In this document: positions 50,119 to 57,003 of the stretch, in pieces
How the letters are laid out: each line of letters opens with the position of its first letter
Numbering within the stretch: position 1 is the stretch's first letter
Source: a virus
Taxonomy: Duplodnaviria; Caudoviricetes
Length of the DNA stretch: 64,000 nucleotides
Virus record (IMG/VR): IMGVR_UViG_3300036761_002481
Coordinates: 808 to 64,807 of that record
Reading direction: 5' to 3' (one strand)
Translations under genes and position numbers: made by a program
Notes under the pieces: generated by a model
What the model was told of the DNA's origin: nothing
The model's input: only the letters and a program-made list of their open reading frames with translations
Database searches by the model: none

Positions 50119-50733
50119 ATGCGACATCGCGCCGGCCAGCTCAGCCTGATGTTCTCCACCGTCGTCGCCGAGCCGGAGAAGGAGCTGAAGCCGGCGACGA
50201 AGTTCGACTGGGTAGCCGCCGCGAGAAGCGCGCGCGGAGCCTGGTTCTCGGACGACAAGCGGCACCGGCTGCTTCTGTGGCGTTCCTGGAACCAACAGCC
50301 GCGCGTTCTCTTCGGCATGCTCAACCCGTCGACCGCCGGCGCGACCGAAGACGACGCGACGATCAAGCGCTGCATCGCGTTCGCGCGCGCGTGGGGCTTC
50401 GGCGGCTTCTGGGTGGTCAACCTCTACTCGCTCGTCGCGACGCAGCCGGCCGCGCTTTGGTCGACCGATCCGGAAGACCGGAACGACCCGGACGCCGACT
50501 CGACGATCGCCGGAGCGCTCGCGAGATCGGAGATGGTCGTCGCCGCCTGGGGCGTCCTGCCGCTGACCGCCGTCGAGCGAGCCGAGAGCGTGACCGACGT
50601 TCTCTCGCACGGTCGAAGCGTCTTCTGCCTCGGTCGGTCGCGCGGCGGCTTTCCGCGGCACCCGCTCTATCTCTCCGGCGACACGACCCGCGAACTCTAC
50701 AGAGACGCGTCGGAAGCCGCCGCGATACACTGA
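50119..50733 (+). CDS. DUF1643 protein
   Basis: MLNPSTA..DDATIKRC..VNLY..AWG..PRHPLY. Confidence 0.85.
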   Translation: MRHRAGQLSLMFSTVVAEPEKELKPATKFDWVAAARSARGAWFSDDKRHRLLLWRSWNQQPRVLFGMLNPSTAGATEDDATIKRCIAFARAWGFGGFWVVNLYSLVATQPAALWSTDPEDRNDPDADSTIAGALARSEMVVAAWGVLPLTAVERAESVTDVLSHGRSVFCLGRSRGGFPRHPLYLSGDTTRELYRDASEAAAIH

Positions 50734-50737
50734 GCGG

Positions 50738-51058
50738 GTGCACCAGTACATCGGGCGCCGTCTCGAGAACGGTTCGACCCTCGTGCTCGTCGTCGGCGCC
50801 AAGGGCGAGCGCGAGCTCCCGATGAGGCGCGACCTGCGGTCGTACTCGGAGAACTTCGAGTGGGGCTACGCCGCGAGCGGACCGGCGCAGCTCGCGCTCG
50901 CGCTTCTCGCCGACTGCTTGTCCGACGAAGACGCGCTCGCACTGCACCACAAGTTCCTGTGGCGGCACGTCGCGAGCTGGTCGCACGAAGGTTTCGCGTT
51001 GACCGACTCGGAGCTCCGCGCTGCCGTCCAAGGCATCCGAGAGGAGCGCTCGTTCTAG
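50738..51058 (+). CDS. DUF6166-like protein
   Basis: FEWGYAASGPAQLALALLAD. Confidence 0.75.
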   Translation: MHQYIGRRLENGSTLVLVVGAKGERELPMRRDLRSYSENFEWGYAASGPAQLALALLADCLSDEDALALHHKFLWRHVASWSHEGFALTDSELRAAVQGIREERSF

Positions 51059-51341
51059 GCGAGCGCTAGATGCGCGGCGACGAGATCGTTCGGCTCTGGA
51101 AGACAGCGCTCGCGTCGAAAGCGACCGCGGTCCTGCCGACCGCGTCGTCGGTCGTCTACATCGCGTGCGTCGAGCGCGGCGACGAAGCGATCTGGCTCGC
51201 CGGTCCGATCCGGATGGAGAGCGGCGGAGCGACCGTCGCCGCGTTCGGCTCGCTCGCCGAAGTCTTCGACCTATGCGAGCGCGCCGGAGTAGCCGTCCCG
51301 AAGGCGTAGACCTCGCACATGTGGTCTCGATCGACCCCGCT

Positions 51342-51378
51342 CGGCTGGCAGAATCGTCCGAACGTTGGGATACTAGAT
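51342..51378 (+). promoter_or_regulatory. Operator/promoter copy
   Basis: CGGCTGGCAGAA..TCCGAACGTTGGGATACTAGAT shared with 47317-47353. Confidence 0.75.
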
Positions 51379-51404
51379 CGTGCGGTTTTCAATCGGAGGT
51401 CTGT

Positions 51405-51632
51405 ATGTCGAAGTCGAAGCGGTTCGGACTCTGTCTCGCGGCTCTCGCGCTCCTCGTTCCGGGGGCCTACGCGCTCTCAGGAAGCCGGGCGCAGGCGGAG
51501 CCGGCGCCACCCTACAGTGCGCAGCTCGACCGGCTAATCGGGGCGCTGGAGCGGAGCAACGAGCTCCAGAAGGACGCGAACGAAGAGCTTCGCGATCTCA
51601 AGCGCGCTGCCGAGCACTGCGGTCGCGACTAG
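51405..51632 (+). CDS. Small protein with a signal-peptide/TM-like N-terminus
   Basis: GGAGG RBS; MSKSKRFGLCLAALALLVPGAYA. Confidence 0.55.
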   Translation: MSKSKRFGLCLAALALLVPGAYALSGSRAQAEPAPPYSAQLDRLIGALERSNELQKDANEELRDLKRAAEHCGRD

Positions 51633-52015
51633 TAGCGGCGCCGTCGAGAGTCGCGCCACTTGGAGCATTCGACGCACCAGCGGTCGGAGCCGGTCGAGCG
51701 GACGAACGGCCGGCTGCAACGCTCGCAGTCCGGAGCCGCGAACGTGTGCTGTCCGATGTCGATGACCTCGGAGCCGGTGCACTCGATCAACTTCCGGAGC
51801 GCGGTCCCCTCGATCTGCCGGACGCGCTCTCGGGTGATTCCCATCTTCGTGCCGATCTGTTCGAGCGTCATCCCCTCGGGGTGGAGCCGAACCGCTTCGA
51901 TCGCTTCGCGGTGCTGGTGCCATTCGAGCTCCGCCCACGGGTCGGAGTAGGCGACCGGAGCCGGAAAGCGACGACGACCGAAGCGCTCGACGAGAAGATA
52001 GGCGCGAAACCGCAT
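51629..52015 (-). CDS. Stand-alone sigma-70 region 4-like HTH plus Zn finger
   Basis: TLEQIGTKMGITRERVRQIEGTALRKL; CERC..CVEC. Confidence 0.8.
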   Translation of the reverse strand: MRFRAYLLVERFGRRRFPAPVAYSDPWAELEWHQHREAIEAVRLHPEGMTLEQIGTKMGITRERVRQIEGTALRKLIECTGSEVIDIGQHTFAAPDCERCSRPFVRSTGSDRWCVECSKWRDSRRRRY

Positions 52016-52149
52016 GCGCGCCGATCGTATGCGAGGGAGATCGCGCGACTCGAAAGAAAAGAGCGACGACCGGCGGCGCGGTTTCCGGGCTTGCGGATAC
52101 TAGATAGCTCGGAGGGCAGCGATGACCTACGAGAACGAGGGAGCGAGTA

Positions 52150-52455
52150 ATGCCAGCACTCAGTCAAATCAACCTTATCCGGCGCCTGCACGGCGACGAA
52201 GCGGCGGCTCGCGAGATTCTTCGCGCGATCGTTTCGGCGAAGGGCTCGAAGACGCAGGCGGCCGGTCTCTTGGGGATCGGCCGGTCGGCGTTCTTCCGGC
52301 TCGTCTCCGAGATGAAGCTCGACGAGCAGATCGCGAAGCTCTCGACCGAGCACGGCTTCCGGAAGCGAGCCGGTCGAGCGCGCGGCGAAGTCGACGAAGA
52401 GGTGCTCGAAGCGATCCGCGAGGGGCGGCGGAAGGCCGAGCAGAAGGCCGGCTGA
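52150..52455 (+). CDS. Fis-type HTH protein
   Basis: GSKTQAAGLLGIGRSAFFR. Confidence 0.7.
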   Translation: MPALSQINLIRRLHGDEAAAREILRAIVSAKGSKTQAAGLLGIGRSAFFRLVSEMKLDEQIAKLSTEHGFRKRAGRARGEVDEEVLEAIREGRRKAEQKAG

Positions 52456-52724
52456 TCGGCGAGATCCTGCTTTACGGCTCTCGCCCCGTCGGCTACGGGC
52501 ACGTCGTCTCGGTCGCCGGAAGGCGCGTCGACGAGCCCGGTCCGCCGCGAGAGCAGTCGGCTACCGAGGCGCTCTGGTCAGGCGTCGGCGAGCTGCTCGC
52601 GTCGACCGGAGCTCGGTCCGGACTCGTCGCCGTTCTAGACCTCGACGGCCGGCGCGTAGCGGTCGTCGACGTTGCCGACGAGGTGCCGTCCTACGGCGGA
52701 CTCGACTGGGTGATCGCCGCGTAA
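52452..52724 (+). CDS. Hypothetical protein (paralogue of 47651-47969; possible CTG start)
   Basis: GSR..G.G..ALW..G..D..G..VP..G..W pattern shared with the paralogue. Confidence 0.5.
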   Translation: MIGEILLYGSRPVGYGHVVSVAGRRVDEPGPPREQSATEALWSGVGELLASTGARSGLVAVLDLDGRRVAVVDVADEVPSYGGLDWVIAA

Positions 52725-52883
52725 ACCCTCTCCGCGCGCCGCCCGATAGCTAGGGGGAAACCGGACGGCGCGCGGTTTGCACGAGAGGGAAGCGCTTCGA
52801 ACGATGACCAGGAGGGACATCCTGGATCATACGCTCGCTCGGAGCACACCGGAGAATCGATCTCGACGCGCTAGAGTTCTCGG

Positions 52884-53501
52884 GTGCTGACACGGTCCAC
52901 CAAAACCACACCCGCTAAAAAGCCGCCCCCTGCGCCGAAGAAGCCGGCGATGAGCGTCGAGTTCATGCCGCTCTCGGAGCTCGCGACCTGGCCAGGCAAC
53001 CCGAAAGCGCACGACGAAGAAGTCATCGACGCGTCTCTCGGTCGCTTCGGCTACGTCGAGCCGATCATGCTCGACGAAACGACGAAGCGAATCGTCGCCG
53101 GCCACGGTCGCCGCAACAGCCTGATCGAGCGCAAAGCGAGCGGCGAAGCTCCGCCGGAGCGAGTCGAGCTCCGCGAGGACGGCGAGTGGCTCGTTCCGAT
53201 CGTCCGCGGCGTCGGCTTCAAGAGCGAGATCGAGGCGGAAGCCTACCTGCTGACGAGCAACCAGAGCACGATCCGCAGCGGCTACCACGACGGGCTGCTC
53301 GCCGAGATGCTCGGTCGTCACGAGGACCTGACCGGGCTCGGCTGGTCGCAGGACGACATCGACGCACTGCTGAAGCGCGCGAGCGACCTCGCCGACGCTC
53401 CGCCGATCGAAGCTCCGGACGATTTCCGAGAGTACGACGAGGGCGAGAAGCCAGGCCACGACTGCCCGCAGTGCGGCTTCCGCGTGACCTGTGACCGGTG
53501 A
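52884..53501 (+). CDS. ParB/Srx-like N-terminal domain protein with a C-terminal Zn ribbon
   Basis: WPGNPKAH..SLGRFGYVEPI..IVAGHGR; CPQCG. Confidence 0.85.
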   Translation: MLTRSTKTTPAKKPPPAPKKPAMSVEFMPLSELATWPGNPKAHDEEVIDASLGRFGYVEPIMLDETTKRIVAGHGRRNSLIERKASGEAPPERVELREDGEWLVPIVRGVGFKSEIEAEAYLLTSNQSTIRSGYHDGLLAEMLGRHEDLTGLGWSQDDIDALLKRASDLADAPPIEAPDDFREYDEGEKPGHDCPQCGFRVTCDR

Positions 53502-55131
53502 GCGCCTAGCGCGCCAGCGACGGATTCGCGAGGCGCTTGCGTTCGACGTGCTCGATTCCGCAGCGTGGAGCGCTGACGAGCTCGAAGCGCTCGTTCAGCC
53601 GAAGTATCTCCACGAGTGGGCGCGTCTTGAGCACGGCGAGCAGTCGGCGAAGTTCTTCAACCTGATCAGGTCGCATCCAGACCGGCCGTGCCAGACGATC
53701 GTCGCTTGCTACGGAACGACCGCCGCCGGTCCGATGCATCCATTTCGACCGCGAAAGTTCACGGTCGCAGAGCTGAAGCGCATATGCAGCTTCCCTGACG
53801 ACTTTGAGCTGCCAGGCAGCTACCGGACGCGCTGCGAACGTCTCGGTCGGTCGGTGCCGCCGATCATGATGAGCACGATTGCGGCTACGGTCGCCGAAAC
53901 GATTCTGGGAGATGAAACGATGCGAGCTCGATTACGATCGACGAGCGCGGAGAGCATCAGCGATACGCAGGACTCCGCGCCAACGAAACCACCGTATCGA
54001 GTACCGTCGATGGCCGAGATCGGCGCGCTGATCGGCACGAACGGTCTCGAGATCGTCTCGACGTTCTCCGGCTGCGGCGGCTCCTGCCTCGGCTTCGAGA
54101 TGGCAGGCTACCGCGTTCGCTGGGCGAACGAGTTCGTGCCGGCGGCGCGCGAGGTCTACGCGCTCAATCACCCGGGCGTCGTGCTCGATCCGCGCGACAT
54201 CCGCGCGATCAAGCCGGAGGAGATCCTGAGCGCGATCGGCAAACGCGTCGGAGAGATCGACGTGCTCGAGGGCTCGCCGCCCTGCGCGTCGTTCTCCATG
54301 TCCGGCGCGCGCGAGAAGCACTGGGGGAAAGTGAAGAAGTATTCCGACACGAAGCAGCGGACCGACGACCTGTTCGACGAGTACATCAGGCTGCTTCGCG
54401 GGCTCAAGCCGAAGGTCTTCGTTGCCGAGAACGTTTCCGGGCTCGTGAAGGGGTCGGCATACGGCTACTTCGAGATGGTCCTGAAGGCGATGCGCGAGAG
54501 CGGCTACCGAGTCCGCGCGAAGCTGCTCGACGCGCAGTGGCTCGGCGTGCCGCAGGAGCGGAAGCGAATGATCTTCATCGGCGTTCGCGAAGATCTCGAG
54601 AAGGCGCCGGAGTTCCCGCGGCCGCTCTCCTATCGCTACAGCTTGCGCGACGCGCTTCCGTGGATCTCGACGGTCGACGGTCGGACAGGTCCGGGCTTCA
54701 AGCGAGTCGAGACCGAGGTCGACCGACCCATGAACACGATCCTGAGCACCGATCCGCGGCATACCCGCTATCGCGTCCGCGGGAAGCCGACCTCGTTCGA
54801 GAAGATGGCGATCGCTCGCGAGTGGAACAAGTTGATGCCGGGCGAGCAGTCGGAGCGTTACTTCAATCTCGTGCGACCGCACCCGGACAAGCCGTGTCCG
54901 ACCGTGACCGCTGCCGGCGGCAGCATCAGCACGGCGAGCGTCACTCACCCGACGGAGCCGCGGAAGTTCTTCATCGCGGAACTGCTCCGGATCTGCGGCT
55001 TCCCGGACGACTTCAAGCTTCTCGGCGGTTACGAGCAGCAGTGGGAGCGTCTCGGTCGCTCGGTTCCGCCGTTGATGATGCGCGCGATCGCGGAGACGAT
55101 TCGCGACCGGTTGGTGGTAGCGCCGACCTGA
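53491..55131 (+). CDS. C5-cytosine DNA methyltransferase-fold enzyme, predicted carboxymethyltransferase
   Basis: TFSGCGG, GSPPC, ENV, GVPQERKR, GFPDDF, motif X LGRSVPP; N-terminal duplicate of the C-terminal module. Confidence 0.9.
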   Translation: MTGERLARQRRIREALAFDVLDSAAWSADELEALVQPKYLHEWARLEHGEQSAKFFNLIRSHPDRPCQTIVACYGTTAAGPMHPFRPRKFTVAELKRICSFPDDFELPGSYRTRCERLGRSVPPIMMSTIAATVAETILGDETMRARLRSTSAESISDTQDSAPTKPPYRVPSMAEIGALIGTNGLEIVSTFSGCGGSCLGFEMAGYRVRWANEFVPAAREVYALNHPGVVLDPRDIRAIKPEEILSAIGKRVGEIDVLEGSPPCASFSMSGAREKHWGKVKKYSDTKQRTDDLFDEYIRLLRGLKPKVFVAENVSGLVKGSAYGYFEMVLKAMRESGYRVRAKLLDAQWLGVPQERKRMIFIGVREDLEKAPEFPRPLSYRYSLRDALPWISTVDGRTGPGFKRVETEVDRPMNTILSTDPRHTRYRVRGKPTSFEKMAIAREWNKLMPGEQSERYFNLVRPHPDKPCPTVTAAGGSISTASVTHPTEPRKFFIAELLRICGFPDDFKLLGGYEQQWERLGRSVPPLMMRAIAETIRDRLVVAPT

Positions 55132-55150
55132 ACCGGGTAGATCGGCGGTT

Positions 55151-55618
55151 GTGAAAGTCTGGTGCGACGTTCCGGGGAAGATCGTCCTGATCGGGCAAGC
55201 GCCGTCGAAGGAGACCGACGGCGGCGTCCCGTTCTCCGGCCGGAGCGGCCGCCGGATCGCCGACCTGATGGGCATCCGCCAGGCGGAGCTAGGCGTGCGC
55301 TTCGCGCTCGCGAACGTCCTCGACGCGTGGCCCGGTCCGTCGCGGTTCGGCAAGGGCGACGCGTTTCCGCTCGACGCGGCTCGGCTCGAGGCGGCGCGTC
55401 TTCGTAAGAAGCTCGCCGGTCGGCGCTTGGTCGTCTTCGGAGCAAGCGTCGCGAAGGTTTTCGGATACGATCCGAGAGAGATCCTGCTTCGTTTCTTGAC
55501 CTCCGAGTCGGGCGCGATCGCTTATGTCCCGCACCCGTCCGGAGTGAACACCTGGTGGAACGAACCGGCTAACGTCGCGCAGGCTCAGCGGTTTCTCCAA
55601 AGTCTGCTGTTGGGGTGA
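55151..55618 (+). CDS. Uracil-DNA glycosylase superfamily protein
   Basis: IGQAPS..PFSGRSG..N..HPSG. Confidence 0.8.
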   Translation: MKVWCDVPGKIVLIGQAPSKETDGGVPFSGRSGRRIADLMGIRQAELGVRFALANVLDAWPGPSRFGKGDAFPLDAARLEAARLRKKLAGRRLVVFGASVAKVFGYDPREILLRFLTSESGAIAYVPHPSGVNTWWNEPANVAQAQRFLQSLLLG

Positions 55619-55655
55619 GAATCCGCGTCCGTGGTCGTGGTAGGTAGGTGAACCG

Positions 55656-55919
55656 ATGCAGAACTTCCAACCCGGTCTATATCGGCACTACAGGGGCGGG
55701 CTCTACACCGCGATCTCGCTCGTCACGCACCACGAGAGCGGGCAGCCGATGGTTCTCTACTGCTCGCACACCTACGGCGGGCTTCGCGTCCGGCCGCTGG
55801 AAGGGTACGAGAACGACCGCGACGGCTGGAACGTGCCGGTGGTCGTCGATGGCGAGCTAGTTCCGCGGTTCGAGCTGATCGGCGAGTTGCCGAGCTCGGT
55901 ACCGATCGCCGATCGTTGA
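55656..55919 (+). CDS. DUF1653 protein
   Basis: GLYRHYRGGLY..HHE..MVLY..VRP..RF. Confidence 0.85.
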   Translation: MQNFQPGLYRHYRGGLYTAISLVTHHESGQPMVLYCSHTYGGLRVRPLEGYENDRDGWNVPVVVDGELVPRFELIGELPSSVPIADR

Positions 55920-55952
55920 CGCTTCCGAACTCTCGCGTCGATCCTGCGGCTC

Positions 55953-56669
55953 GTGGAAGGTTCGAGCCTGGGTCACGTGCCGGCGAGCGAGCGCTGGGAG
56001 TTCGACGAGACCGTCGCCGGAGTCTTCGACGACATGCTCGAGAGAAGCATCCCGCTCTACGCGGTGATGCGAGCGGCCGTTCACTCGGTCGCCAGGCGGC
56101 ACGTCGTCCCGGGGGCATCGATCGTCGATCTCGGCTGCGCCCGCGGTGGCGCGCTTGCAAGCTTCGTCGAGGAGCTCGGTAGCGCGAACCGCTACTTCGG
56201 ATGCGACGTCTCCGAGCCGATGCTCGAAGCGGCGCGAGCGCGGTTCGCGCGCCAGGCCGGGATCGTCAGCATCGACAACGTCGATCTTCGGACGAGCTAC
56301 CCGGACGTCGGCGGCGCTTGCGTGACGATGGCCGTCCTGACGCTCCAGTTCGTGCCGATCAACTATCGGCAGCGAATCATGCGCCGCGTCTTCGACCAGA
56401 CGCGACCAGGCGGCGCGTTCGTTCTCGTCGAGAAGGTGATCGGCGCCGGCGCCGGCATCGACGAGCTGATGGTCGACCTCTACCACGAGAAGAAGCAGGC
56501 GAGCGGCTACACCCGAGACGAGATCGACCGGAAGCGGCTCGCGCTCGAGGGCGTGCTCGTGCCCGTGACCGCTCGCTGGAACGAGGAAATGCTTCGGAGC
56601 ACCGGCTTCCGAGAGGTCGACTGCTTCTGGCGCTGGATGAACTTCGCCGCCTGGCTCGCGGTGAAGTAG
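55953..56669 (+). CDS. cmoA: CmoA-like carboxy-S-adenosylmethionine synthase
   Basis: WEFDETVAGVFDDMLERSIPLY, DLGCARG, LTLQF, EK, KRLALEGVL, NFAAWLAVK. Confidence 0.88.
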   Translation: MEGSSLGHVPASERWEFDETVAGVFDDMLERSIPLYAVMRAAVHSVARRHVVPGASIVDLGCARGGALASFVEELGSANRYFGCDVSEPMLEAARARFARQAGIVSIDNVDLRTSYPDVGGACVTMAVLTLQFVPINYRQRIMRRVFDQTRPGGAFVLVEKVIGAGAGIDELMVDLYHEKKQASGYTRDEIDRKRLALEGVLVPVTARWNEEMLRSTGFREVDCFWRWMNFAAWLAVK

Positions 56670-56700
56670 TAACCTCGACCGCTCGGAGGAACCCCCGCAC

Positions 56701-57003
56701 ATGCGCGCAGACTTCAAACCGCTCGACCTGCCGGCGACGGCGCCGAACGACGGCGACGATATCGAGTGCTCGGTCTACAAGAACAAGACGGTCCAGATCA
56801 TCGGAGCGTTTACCGGCTCGATCGACATCGAGGTGTCGCTCGACAACGGCGGCCACTACGCCAAGTCGCAGACCGGCATCACGGCGCCTGGCGTCTACGA
56901 CGTCCCGCACACCTGCACGAACATTCGCCTGCATTTGAGCGCTCTCACGGTCGGAACGCCGTCGGCGTACCTCGGCGGGCTCCACACCAGAACCGATGTC
57001 TAA
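56701..57003 (+). CDS. Small beta-rich hypothetical protein
   Basis: GGAGGA RBS; precedes the portal gene. Confidence 0.6.
   Translation: MRADFKPLDLPATAPNDGDDIECSVYKNKTVQIIGAFTGSIDIEVSLDNGGHYAKSQTGITAPGVYDVPHTCTNIRLHLSALTVGTPSAYLGGLHTRTDV

Noticed and set aside
52884-53501. ParB gene as part of a ParABS plasmid partition system
   Set aside because: No ParA in the window and no HTH in this protein; it matches the ParB-like domains commonly linked to phage DNA-modification genes
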